DNA of 64,000 nucleotides from Bacillota bacterium (GTDB lineage Bacteria; Bacillota; Clostridia; Christensenellales; CAG-138): NCBI GenBank assembly GCA_023390655.1, contig JAEWCL010000020.1, positions 3,275 through 67,274 on the forward strand, in the 5' to 3' direction. The notes beneath the pieces are model-generated. The model ran no database searches, had not been told where the DNA came from, and was given only the letters and a program-made list of their open reading frames with translations. Shown here piece after piece: positions 10,437 through 19,392 of this stretch (positions within the stretch are counted from its first letter, which is position 1; every line of letters begins with the position of its first letter). A program made the position numbers and the translations under genes.

Positions 10437-11570
10437 ATGAGAAATGTGGAAATGATGAGCAAAACAATCGCCGATCTGGTCGATGACCATGTCCTGGTAT
10501 GCGATGCGGACGGGCGGATTGTGTTCTCCAACCGGTCGATGCAGTCTTATTTGGGGTACATGGAATCCGAGTTGGAGCAAAAACAAGTATCTGATCTCAT
10601 TGCGGAAGGGGACCGCGATAAGTTCCGGGATTTGCTCAACAACGCGTCGGAAGCGACCTCTGGCCCGGACGAGCTTATATGGAACGGGAAGCACGGCGTG
10701 CGGAAGCTGCACATGAAATGTGCCCGGCAAAACGGCCTATCTTATCTCTTTGGCAATGAGATTTACGCGGAGTACGAACGCATACAAAAAAGGCTGGATA
10801 TTGAGATTGCGAACGCCATCAAAATCCATAAGCGTTCGCTGCCGGAGCGCCTTCCCAAAACGGAAACGCTTTCTTTTGCTTCCCTCTATCTCCCGGCGGA
10901 GGAGCTGGGAGGGGACATCTTTGATATCTTCAAGGTGGACAATGGGCTGCTGAGCGACTATTTTGAACAATATGTATGCTTTGTGGCCGATGTATCGGGG
11001 CATGGATTGGACAGCGCCATGCTGGCGATCTTTGTAAAGGATACGATCAGAAGCTTCTTCCTGCTCAAGCACACGCCGGGGCAGGTGCTCTCCCCCAAGG
11101 AAATTATGTATTTTCTGATTGAACAGTATATCAAAGAAGGCTATCCGGAAGAGTATCTGGTCTGCCTGTTCATCGCCGTTTTTGATTTGAAAACAAACGA
11201 GCTGACGTACTGCAATGCAGGCTTGCATACGTGCCCGCTTCTAGCCGGCGGCGGCGGAGAAGTGACGGAACTCAGCCAAGTGGGCTTGCCGGTTTCGACC
11301 GGGCTGGATGCAGTCTTGCTCAAGTATACGGATACTTCATGCGGGCTGCTTCCGGGAATGACGCTGTTTATGATGTCCGACGGCCTGCCGGAACAACGGA
11401 CCAATGATGTGTTTTATGAAGAGCGGCTCAGGACGCTGATTGCAGAGCTTCACAGCATGGAGCCGGATACGATTGTCCGGAGCATTCATGCGGATGTCAT
11501 CGATTTTCTAGAGAACGGAAAGATCAGAGATGATATCACCTTGGTTGTAGCAAAGCTGGCGCAGCCATAA
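10437..11570 (+). CDS. PAS-domain PP2C/SpoIIE-family serine phosphatase (RsbU/RsbP-like)
   Basis: PAS-like N-terminus (LVCDADGRIVFSNRSMQSYLGY). SpoIIE motifs: LPAEELGGDIFDIF, ADVSGHGLDSAM, MSDGLPE and DDITLVV. Start moved from 10215 to ATG 10437, behind GGAGA. Confidence 0.8.
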   Translation: MRNVEMMSKTIADLVDDHVLVCDADGRIVFSNRSMQSYLGYMESELEQKQVSDLIAEGDRDKFRDLLNNASEATSGPDELIWNGKHGVRKLHMKCARQNGLSYLFGNEIYAEYERIQKRLDIEIANAIKIHKRSLPERLPKTETLSFASLYLPAEELGGDIFDIFKVDNGLLSDYFEQYVCFVADVSGHGLDSAMLAIFVKDTIRSFFLLKHTPGQVLSPKEIMYFLIEQYIKEGYPEEYLVCLFIAVFDLKTNELTYCNAGLHTCPLLAGGGGEVTELSQVGLPVSTGLDAVLLKYTDTSCGLLPGMTLFMMSDGLPEQRTNDVFYEERLRTLIAELHSMEPDTIVRSIHADVIDFLENGKIRDDITLVVAKLAQP

Positions 11571-11613
11571 CCCAGCGTGGTGGACTTCAATTTATAAGGC
11601 GGAGGAAGACGGT

Positions 11614-11823
11614 ATGCAGCAGATACTCGATGGCATTTTGGAAGCGATCGAAGATGAAATCAAAGCCCAGAAGCATTATGGGGCATTGAGCGAGAAGGTG
11701 GAGGATCCAAAATTGAAAAAGTTCTTCGAGCAATTGAAGATGGATGAAGTGAATCATGAGAGAATACTCCGCTCCCGCTATGAAGCCTTTGCAAAAGTGC
11801 TTGAGGTGAATAAAGGCAAATAA
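11614..11823 (+). CDS. Small (69 aa) ferritin-like/rubrerythrin-fold helical protein
   Basis: RBS GGAGGAAG upstream. ExxH-type half sites (EDEIKAQKHY and MDEVNHERIL). Followed by a strong terminator. Confidence 0.5.
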   Translation: MQQILDGILEAIEDEIKAQKHYGALSEKVEDPKLKKFFEQLKMDEVNHERILRSRYEAFAKVLEVNKGK

Positions 11824-11894
11824 GCCGTCCTGCAATGAGGCGTTGGGGAGAAGATTGCCGCCATGCTGGAAAGCTGTATAATATGACATCAACT

Positions 11895-11931
11895 AAAAAG
11901 GCCGCCGCTTTTTGAAAAGCGGCGGCCTTGT
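11895..11931. terminator. Bidirectional terminator between convergent genes
   Basis: Stem AAGGCCGCCGCTTTT / AAAAGCGGCGGCCTT, with A/T runs on both sides. Confidence 0.85.
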
Positions 11932-11943
11932 ACGTGGCCTGCA

Positions 11944-12738
11944 TCAGGAAAGCAGCATTTTGTCGTTTGCCTCGTCCGAACCGCTGACACGGCCAAACAT
12001 GTCCAGCAGCTTTTCCACCGTCAGCTTCTTCTTTTCCTCGCCTGCGATATCGATGACCACGCGTCCCTCATACAGCATAGCCAGACGGTTGCCGTGGGTG
12101 ATGGCGTCCTTCATGTTATGCGTAATCATCAGCGTGGTGAGCTGATCGCGCTCGATGATTTTCTTGGTGGTATCGAGCACCTTCGCGGCGGTCTTGGGAT
12201 CCAATGCGGCGGTGTGCTCATCGAGCAGCAGCAGCTTGGGCTTTTTGAGCGTGGCCATCAAAAGGGTAAGCGCCTGGCGCTGCCCGCCGGACAATAATCC
12301 AACCTTCGAGGTCAGGCGGTGCTCCAGCCCCAAATCCAGCGTTGCAAGCAGCTCACGGTAGCGCTCGCGCTCCTTGGCGGTAATGCCCCAGCGCAGGGTA
12401 CGGGGCTGGCCGCGGCGCAGGGCAAGCGCAAGATTTTCCTCAATACCCATGCTGGCGGCGGTGCCCATCATGGGGTCCTGGAATACCCGGCCGATCAGTG
12501 CGGCGCGCTTAAATTCCGGCAGGTAGGTAACATCCTGCCCGCCGATGAGGATTTGTCCGTCATCCACAGAGAACACGCCGGCTACGGCATTGAGCATGGT
12601 AGACTTGCCCGCGCCGTTGCCGCCGATAACGGCGACAAAATCGCCATCGTTGAGCGTGAGGGAAAGGCCGCTTAACGCAATCTTTTCATTGACGGTATTG
12701 GGGTTAAAGGTTTTGCTGATGCTTTTGATTTCAAGCAT
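11944..12738 (-). CDS. ABC transporter ATP-binding protein of the three-gene importer
   Basis: Walker A GGNGAGKST, signature LSGGQRQALTL, Walker B LLLLDEHTAALD. Overlaps the permease gene by 8 nt. Confidence 0.88.
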   Translation of the reverse strand: MLEIKSISKTFNPNTVNEKIALSGLSLTLNDGDFVAVIGGNGAGKSTMLNAVAGVFSVDDGQILIGGQDVTYLPEFKRAALIGRVFQDPMMGTAASMGIEENLALALRRGQPRTLRWGITAKERERYRELLATLDLGLEHRLTSKVGLLSGGQRQALTLLMATLKKPKLLLLDEHTAALDPKTAAKVLDTTKKIIERDQLTTLMITHNMKDAITHGNRLAMLYEGRVVIDIAGEEKKKLTVEKLLDMFGRVSGSDEANDKMLLS

Positions 12739-13681
12739 GGCCTGTCCCTCTTTTCTTACTGTGCTTAATTGGGAAGCCCTTGCTTTTCCAATACGGGAGG
12801 GCGAGGAAGACCGCTACCACAAGCGCAGAGAGCAGCTTGAGGTAGTTGGGGTCCAGGCGCAGCCAGAGGACGGCCTGCATGACCACATAGTAGATGATTG
12901 CGCCAATCACAACGGACAGCAGGCGCAGCGCAAAATTGCGGAAGATCTTTGCGAACAGCACCTGCCCGATGATGACGGCGGCGAGGCCGATCACGATCGC
13001 GCCGCGGCCCATGTTGATATCCGCAAAGCCGTTATACTGGGCAAGCAGCGCGCCGGAAAGCGCCACAATGCCGTTGGATAGCATCAACCCCAATACCTTG
13101 TTGAAGTTTGTGTTGATGCCCTGCGCCCGCGACATATTGAGGTTTGCGCCGGTCGCGCGGACAGAGCAGCCAAGCTCTGTGCCGAAAAACCAATACAGCA
13201 GCGCGATGATCACCACGACGAATGCGCCGCCCACCAGTATGGGCGACCAGAAGAAGGCGCGATCGCCCTTGATGACATCCTGCAGGTAGCGCAGCGAAAC
13301 AAGAAGCGAATAGTTGTTGACATTGATGGCCTGGTTGGCCTTGCCCATGATGGCAAGGTTGACCGACCATAGCCCCAGCTGTGTGAGAATGCCCGCGAGG
13401 ATGGCGGAGATACCGCAGACGGTATGAAAAAAGCCTGTCACCAACCCGGTCAGCATGCCGACCAAGAAGGCGCACAGCAACGCAAACGAAACGTCATATC
13501 CAGATAAAAGCATCATTACGCATACGGCGCCGCCGGTGCAGAAAGAACCGTCCACCGTAAGGTCGGCGATGTCGAGTATTTTGTACGTCAGGTACACGCC
13601 GATCGCCATGATGCCCCAAATCAGTCCCTGCGACACGGCGCCCGGCAATTGGCTGAACAGTTCCAGCGGATTGAGTGCCAA
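12731..13681 (-). CDS. ABC transporter permease (partner of the ABC_sub_bind-type binding protein)
   Basis: About 9 TM segments. TTG start at 13681, 5 nt after GGGGGGA. Confidence 0.8.
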   Translation of the reverse strand: MALNPLELFSQLPGAVSQGLIWGIMAIGVYLTYKILDIADLTVDGSFCTGGAVCVMMLLSGYDVSFALLCAFLVGMLTGLVTGFFHTVCGISAILAGILTQLGLWSVNLAIMGKANQAINVNNYSLLVSLRYLQDVIKGDRAFFWSPILVGGAFVVVIIALLYWFFGTELGCSVRATGANLNMSRAQGINTNFNKVLGLMLSNGIVALSGALLAQYNGFADINMGRGAIVIGLAAVIIGQVLFAKIFRNFALRLLSVVIGAIIYYVVMQAVLWLRLDPNYLKLLSALVVAVFLALPYWKSKGFPIKHSKKRGTGHA

Positions 13682-13933
13682 GTTGATCCCCCCATAACAA
13701 GAATATATTATATACTCGTACTACTATAACGCAAAACCTCGGAAAAGCAAACCCCTCTTGCCGGAGTCTGTCGAAAAAGCACCTGGAAGCTTCCATCCCT
13801 GCTGCCGGCAGTAGGCGCGGTGAGCAGTACCCCCGGCGCAAGGGCTTCCCGGCGGGAAACGCCGCCCCATAAGGGGTGCGGGCAGGTGCGCCCTGCCATC
13901 CTTAAAAAGTGCCCGCAGCACTTTTTTGACTAG

Positions 13934-13964
13934 AAAAACGGCAGGAAGAAAGACCTTCCTGCCG
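13934..13964 (-). terminator. Intra-operon terminator/attenuating hairpin after the binding-protein gene
   Basis: Minus strand reads CGGCAGGAAG-GTCTTT-CTTCCTGCCG followed by TTTTT. Confidence 0.75.
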
Positions 13965-13994
13965 CATGATCTCTGTAACTGGTTTCTAAAACGG

Positions 13995-14963
13995 TTATCC
14001 GATGGGCGCGTAGCCTGCGGGCGGGGTGATGCTAAGCGCCTCTGCGATTGCAGGATTGTAGAGCTTTTCAAATTTGGGCGCGTAGGCGACGGGCATGGTG
14101 GAGATGTCGCTTTCCCCGGTAAGGACTTTGTAGGCCATCTCGCCCGTTGCATAGCCAAGATCATAATAATCGATGGACAGCGTGGCGACACCGCAGCCTA
14201 CGCAGATGCCCTTTTCGCCGGCAATAATGGGTACGCCTGCGGGCTGGCAGATGCTGTCGATAATGCCGGTGTTGGAAGCGACCGTATTATCCGTAGGCAC
14301 ATAGATGACGTCACTGGCGTTGGCGGCGGTAGTCGCAACGGCAGCAAGATCATTGGTGTCCGCAAAGGGGTACATCGTGCAGGTGTAGCCCATTTCTTCA
14401 AGCATGACTTTTACCGTCTCCACCTGATAAAGCGAATTGGGCTCTGCCGAGCAGTACAATAGACCCACATTGGCTGCATCCGGGAAGAATTCCTTGATCA
14501 TGGCAGCCTGCTGGTCCAGCGGCGCCAAGTCGCTTGTGCCGGATATATTGCCGCCTACGGTACCGTTGAAATCTTTCAGGCCCAGCGCCACGCCATATTC
14601 CGTAATGGAGGTACCCAAAATGGGGATGTCGCCGGTGGCGGCGGCCGCCGCCTGCAGCGCGGGCGTCGCATTCGCCATAATCAAATCCACTTTCGCGGAG
14701 ACAAAGCCGTTTGCGATGGTGGCGGCGGTAGAGGAATCACCTTGGGCATTCTTCTCATCAAAGCGCACCTTGTCGCCGAGCTTCTCGGTCAATGCATCGC
14801 GAAAGCCCTTGGTGGCCGCGTCCAGAGCCTCATGCTGGACGAGCTGTGAAATACCTACAACATAGGTTTTATCGGCGGAAGCCCCGCCTTTTGCGCAGGA
14901 GGCCAGCATGAACACCATAGCACAGCAAACCGCCACTGCAATCCATTTACGAAATTTCCCCAT
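13995..14963 (-). CDS. ABC transporter substrate-binding lipoprotein (ABC_sub_bind / BMP-related family; TrpX-like class)
   Basis: Lipobox MLASCAKG. Pattern YVVGISQLVQHEALD ... PILGTSITEYG. Start moved to ATG 14963, 8 nt after GGAAAGGA. Confidence 0.8.
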   Translation of the reverse strand: MGKFRKWIAVAVCCAMVFMLASCAKGGASADKTYVVGISQLVQHEALDAATKGFRDALTEKLGDKVRFDEKNAQGDSSTAATIANGFVSAKVDLIMANATPALQAAAAATGDIPILGTSITEYGVALGLKDFNGTVGGNISGTSDLAPLDQQAAMIKEFFPDAANVGLLYCSAEPNSLYQVETVKVMLEEMGYTCTMYPFADTNDLAAVATTAANASDVIYVPTDNTVASNTGIIDSICQPAGVPIIAGEKGICVGCGVATLSIDYYDLGYATGEMAYKVLTGESDISTMPVAYAPKFEKLYNPAIAEALSITPPAGYAPIG

Positions 14964-15023
14964 ATCAATCATCCTTTCCGTTCTGCGGCACTTTATCACT
15001 GTTATGTGCTAAAGTGCGCTTGC

Positions 15024-15056
15024 ATTGTATTGTAAGTCATATACGGAAAAAGTCAA
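15024..15056 (-). promoter_or_regulatory. Sigma-A-type promoter for the three-gene ABC importer
   Basis: Minus strand: TTGACT (15056-15051), 16-bp spacer, TACAAT (15034-15029). Confidence 0.55.
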
Positions 15057-15250
15057 GAAAAAAATCCCCGGATAGCAAAATCGTTTATAAAAATACAGGT
15101 AAAAGTACAGGTGCATTTTTGCGTTTTCAAACACGCCCCAGTGAAAGCTGTTTATGTTTTTCATACTCCATGGCGCGCAAAACGTGGTATAGTAGCAAAA
15201 GAATCAAGCGGATGCTTGATGTGGAAACAAACGGCAAAAGGAAGTTATGT

Positions 15251-15937
15251 ATGATGCTGATGGGCGCAATGGTCAATGCGGTTCTGATTATCGCAGGCGG
15301 GCTAATGGGTATTCTGTTTCAAAAAGGGATTCCTGAAAAGGTAAACCGCACGCTGACGCAGGGCTTGGGGCTGTGCGTGCTGTATGTTGGCATCAGCGGT
15401 ACCCTGAAAGGGGAGAACATCATCGTTGTGATTTTATCTGTGGTGATCGGCGCGGTCATTGGGGAGCTATTGGATTTTGAAAAAAGGCTCCAGCGGATGG
15501 GGGATTGGCTGCAGGCCCGGATGAAATTCGGCGGTTCCAACAGTACTTTTGCGGAGGGATTTGTCACCTGCACGCTGATTTATTGCGTGGGCGCTATGGC
15601 GATTGTCGGCTCCCTCCAAAGCGGCCTAGCCGGGAACCATGAGACCCTCTACGCGAAATCCCTGCTTGACGGTGTGATGTCGCTTGTCATGGCTTCCACG
15701 CTGGGCGTTGGAGTCGCGTTCTCCGCCGTCCCGGTATTGCTGTATGAAGCGCTGCTGACCGTATCCGCACATGCAATCTCGGGCTTTCTTACGACGCCCG
15801 TCATCAATGAAATGACCTGTGTCGGCTCCCTGCTGATTGTGGCCATCGCCCTGAATCTGCTCAAACTGACCAATATCAAGGTCAGCAATTTTATCTTAGC
15901 GCCATTTCTGCCGATTGCTTTATTGTACCTGTTCTGA
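15251..15937 (+). CDS. DUF554-family integral membrane protein (paralog 1)
   Basis: MMLMGAMVNAVLIIAGGLMGILFQKGIPEKV..., with a second half containing ETLYAKSLLDGVMS. Start moved to ATG 15251, behind AAAAGGAAG. Confidence 0.8.
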   Translation: MMLMGAMVNAVLIIAGGLMGILFQKGIPEKVNRTLTQGLGLCVLYVGISGTLKGENIIVVILSVVIGAVIGELLDFEKRLQRMGDWLQARMKFGGSNSTFAEGFVTCTLIYCVGAMAIVGSLQSGLAGNHETLYAKSLLDGVMSLVMASTLGVGVAFSAVPVLLYEALLTVSAHAISGFLTTPVINEMTCVGSLLIVAIALNLLKLTNIKVSNFILAPFLPIALLYLF

Positions 15938-16042
15938 TGCGCCGCCCAATCATTGCCATCGTGCGCTTTTGGGAGGAAGGTATTTGTGGAAAGCGGTTTT
16001 ATAGTATAATGAATCTCGAATTCTAGGAATGCTGGTGCGTTT

Positions 16043-19000
16043 ATGTTTATTGCCGACTTTCATATCCACTCGAGCTATTCGAGAGCCACAAGCAGGGAAT
16101 GCGTGCCAGAGTCCCTCGATCTGTGGGCGCGCCGCAAAGGCCTTGGCCTGATTGGCACCGGAGATTTTACCCATCCCGCATGGCGCGCGGAACTACAGGA
16201 GAAACTGGCCCCTGCAGAAGAGGGGCTATATGTCCTAAAGGAGCCGTTCCGCAGGGAAGGCGCGGCGGAAAACGGGGATGTTACGCCCCGCTTCATACTT
16301 TCCGCCGAAATCAGCTCCATCTACAAAAAGAACGGAAAGGTGCGCAAGGTCCACAACCTGATTCTTCTGCCCAGCCTCGCGTATGCAGAGGGCCTGTCCC
16401 GCCGCCTGGAAGCCATCGGCAACCTACATTCCGACGGAAGGCCTATTTTGGGGCTGGACAGCAGGGACCTGCTGCAAATGACGCTTGACGTCTGCCCGGA
16501 GGCCATCTTTATCCCCGCTCACATCTGGACGCCCCATTTTTCCCTGTTTGGCGCATATTCGGGCTTTGACGATATTACGGAGTGTTTTGAGGAATTGACG
16601 GGCCATATCCATGCGCTTGAAACCGGGCTCTCCTCCGACCCGTCCATGAACTGGCGTCTTTCCATGCTGGACAAATTCAGCATGGTTTCAAATTCCGACG
16701 CCCATTCCCCGGCGAATCTTGCGCGGGAAGCCAACCTGTTTGATACCGAGCTTTCCTATGAGCATATTGCCCGGGCGCTAAAAAACCGGCATACCCAAGA
16801 ATTTTACGGCACGCTTGAGTTTTTTCCGGAGGAAGGCAAGTACCATTGTGACGGGCACCGGGCCTGCAAGGTCTGCATGCAGCCCATTGAAACAAAAGCG
16901 GTCTCCGGCGTGTGCCCCGTCTGCGGCGGCAGGCTCACCGTGGGCGTGTTGCACCGGGTGGAAGCGCTGGCCGACCGTGCGGAGGGCTTTGTGCCCCCGG
17001 ATGCGAAGCATTTTGAACGGCTTGTGCCGCTTCATGAGGTGGTCGCCGCTTCCATGGGGATGACGACCGCAAGCATAAAGGCAAAGGAACGGTACAAGCA
17101 TCTGCTTCGTACCATCGGGCCGGAGTTGTTCATCCTTCGCCAGGCGTCGCTTTCGGATATCAAGCAGGAAGGGGGCGCGCTCATCGCCGAAGGCATCTCG
17201 CGGTTGCGCTCCGGCAAGGTGGACATCCAGCCCGGATACGATGGGGAATACGGCAAAATCAAGCTTCTGGATAAAGCGGAGATCGAACTGATCTCCGGCC
17301 AGATGAGCCTTTTTGCCGGAGGAAGCGAGAAAAAAAGCCCCAAGCCCAAGGGCATGCGGGCACAGAAAGCGCCGGTACAGGAGAAGACCGCCCCGGCTCC
17401 GGAAGAAATCGCGCCGCACACAGCGGAAGCTGTGCGGCAAACGGATGCGCCTTATGGGCTGAACCGGGAGCAGTGGGAAGCGGTTTCTGCCAACGACCCC
17501 GCCATTGCCGTGATTGCCGGCCCCGGAACGGGCAAAACAAAAACGTTGGTCAGCCGCATCGCCTATTTGGTGGAGCAGTGCGGCGTGCCTCCCTGCGACA
17601 TTACCGCCGTTACCTTTACCAACAAGGCGGCGGGCGAAATGCGCGCCCGCCTCAGCGCGCATTTTGGAAGCAGGCAGGCCATAGACGGTGTCAATATTGG
17701 TACCTTCCACTCCATCTGCCTGCAGATATTGGCAAGGCAGCAGGGCAGAAAAGACATGCCCATCATCGATGAGGCGGATGCGCTCTCCGTCGTCAAGGAT
17801 ATCCTGCATACACTGAATCTAAAGAACGCACCCCGGGAGATTTTAAAGGGAATATCCTCCTTCAAGAACGGGCTGCAGGCAACGGAAGAGGGCACCCTTC
17901 CATCCGGCGTATTGGAACAATATCAGGCGCAGCTTATACAATATGGCGTTTTGGATTATGACGATATCCTTTTGGATACGCTTGCACTGTTTGAACGCGG
18001 GACGCAGGATGAACGTGAGGGCAAGCGCCTGTCTGCCCAATTTTCGCATATTCTGGTGGACGAGTTTCAGGATATTAACGCGCTCCAATACCGCCTGATT
18101 CGGGCGTGGAGCGCAGACAGCGCCGGGGTTTTCATCATCGGCGATCCGGATCAGGCCATCTATGGCTTCCGGGGCTCGGACCCCCGCTGCTTTAAGCGGT
18201 TTGTAGAAGATCATACCGGGCTCCGGCAGGTCATCCTGACGCAGAATTACCGCTCTACGCCTGAGATCATCCGTTGCGCGCAGGCGGTACTGCCGGAGAA
18301 GGATGGCATCCGGCATCCATTGGAGGCAAACAGGGAAAGCGGCAGGACTGTGCGCCTGCTGCATCTGGAGGATACGTTTTCCGAGGCGCTGTTCGTGGCG
18401 AAGGAGATCAACCGCATGGTCGGCGGGATGGATATGATCGACGTACACGGAGCGGTGAATGGGAACAAGAAAAACCCAACCGGGCAGCCAAAAGGGTTTT
18501 CCGATATCGCGGTATTGTACCGCACCAACCGCCAGGCCGATCTCTTGGAGCATTGCCTGCAAAAAGAGGGGATTCCCTATGTGGTCGCCGGGCGGGACGC
18601 GTTCCTGCTCGAGCCGGAGGTCCGTGAGGCAGCTGCATGCTTCCGGTTTTTGCTCAACCCGGAGGATATCGTTTCTTTGCGGAACTGCTTGAAGCATGCA
18701 GGCATCCGCGGCAGCGACCTTGTGCAGGTAATCGCGGGATATGCGGCGGCGGAAAAAAGCATATCCGCCCTGGAGGGCATCCTGAGCAGCATTTCCACGG
18801 AAAGCAGCCGCCCTTTTCAGGTACTGCTGGCGCGGTTCCGGACATTCGGCCCGCTTGTCCGCAGTGAAAAGCCGCAAAAGCTGATGGAGCGCTGGATGGA
18901 GGATGGGGGACTGTCTGCGTCCGGCTGCATGCAGATGCTGTTCAATACGTCCGTGATGTATGAGAATATGGCGTCGCTGCTGCATGCCCTCGTACTGGGG

Positions 19001-19342
19001 CGCGAAAGCGATCTCTTGAGAAGCGGCGGAAAAACATATACGCCGGACGCCGTGTCCCTTATGACGCTGCACGGGGCAAAGGGGCTGGAGTTTCCCGCCG
19101 TATTTCTGTGCGGCGTAACGGAGGAACTGATCCCGTTTACAAAGCGGGGGGCTTGCGACATTGCGGAAGAAAGGCGGCTTTTTTACGTAGGCATGACAAG
19201 GGCGAAGGAAGAACTGATTCTTTTATCTCCCCCAGCGCCCTCGCCGTTTCTTTTAAACCTTCCTGCTGAATCGCTTACTACAGGGCGCGTTCCTGCACAC
19301 AGGCAGGATACGTCCAGGCAGATCGGTTTTTTGAACAGTTGA
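16043..19342 (+). CDS. Fusion protein: Endonuclease Q-like PHP/Zn-finger nuclease domain (about aa 1-420) plus UvrD/PcrA superfamily-1 helicase (about aa 470-1099)
   Basis: N-terminal motifs: DFHIHSSYS, GTGDFTHPAW, SNSDAHSP, GKYHCDGH, CPVCGGRLTVGVLHRV and PGYDGEYGKI. Helicase motifs: AGPGTGKTKT (I), ILVDEFQDIN (II), QNYRSTPEI, TLHGAKGLEFPAVFL and RRLFYVGMTRAKEEL (VI). Confidence 0.85.
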   Translation: MFIADFHIHSSYSRATSRECVPESLDLWARRKGLGLIGTGDFTHPAWRAELQEKLAPAEEGLYVLKEPFRREGAAENGDVTPRFILSAEISSIYKKNGKVRKVHNLILLPSLAYAEGLSRRLEAIGNLHSDGRPILGLDSRDLLQMTLDVCPEAIFIPAHIWTPHFSLFGAYSGFDDITECFEELTGHIHALETGLSSDPSMNWRLSMLDKFSMVSNSDAHSPANLAREANLFDTELSYEHIARALKNRHTQEFYGTLEFFPEEGKYHCDGHRACKVCMQPIETKAVSGVCPVCGGRLTVGVLHRVEALADRAEGFVPPDAKHFERLVPLHEVVAASMGMTTASIKAKERYKHLLRTIGPELFILRQASLSDIKQEGGALIAEGISRLRSGKVDIQPGYDGEYGKIKLLDKAEIELISGQMSLFAGGSEKKSPKPKGMRAQKAPVQEKTAPAPEEIAPHTAEAVRQTDAPYGLNREQWEAVSANDPAIAVIAGPGTGKTKTLVSRIAYLVEQCGVPPCDITAVTFTNKAAGEMRARLSAHFGSRQAIDGVNIGTFHSICLQILARQQGRKDMPIIDEADALSVVKDILHTLNLKNAPREILKGISSFKNGLQATEEGTLPSGVLEQYQAQLIQYGVLDYDDILLDTLALFERGTQDEREGKRLSAQFSHILVDEFQDINALQYRLIRAWSADSAGVFIIGDPDQAIYGFRGSDPRCFKRFVEDHTGLRQVILTQNYRSTPEIIRCAQAVLPEKDGIRHPLEANRESGRTVRLLHLEDTFSEALFVAKEINRMVGGMDMIDVHGAVNGNKKNPTGQPKGFSDIAVLYRTNRQADLLEHCLQKEGIPYVVAGRDAFLLEPEVREAAACFRFLLNPEDIVSLRNCLKHAGIRGSDLVQVIAGYAAAEKSISALEGILSSISTESSRPFQVLLARFRTFGPLVRSEKPQKLMERWMEDGGLSASGCMQMLFNTSVMYENMASLLHALVLGRESDLLRSGGKTYTPDAVSLMTLHGAKGLEFPAVFLCGVTEELIPFTKRGACDIAEERRLFYVGMTRAKEELILLSPPAPSPFLLNLPAESLTTGRVPAHRQDTSRQIGFLNS

Positions 19343-19351
19343 CGTCAGCAA

Positions 19352-19383
19352 TAGGGGGCTGCCTCATCCGAGGCAGCCCCCTA
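19352..19383. terminator. Bidirectional terminator between the helicase fusion gene and the ABC exporter genes
   Basis: 14-bp stem TAGGGGGCTGCCTC / GAGGCAGCCCCCTA with loop ATCC. Confidence 0.8.
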
Positions 19384-19392
19384 TCAGTCGTG

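Noticed and set aside
14964-15250. A T-box or riboswitch upstream of the ABC_sub_bind importer (TrpX-like transporters are T-box controlled in some Firmicutes)
   Set aside because: The promoter TTGACT-16-TACAAT leaves a 5' UTR of only about 60 nt with no conserved structure.
16778-19072. 343-aa and 409-aa ORFs on the - strand (16778-17809 and 17843-19072)
   Set aside because: They are antisense shadows of the EndoQ-UvrD gene. They have low-complexity Arg/Gly/His-rich translations and no RBS.
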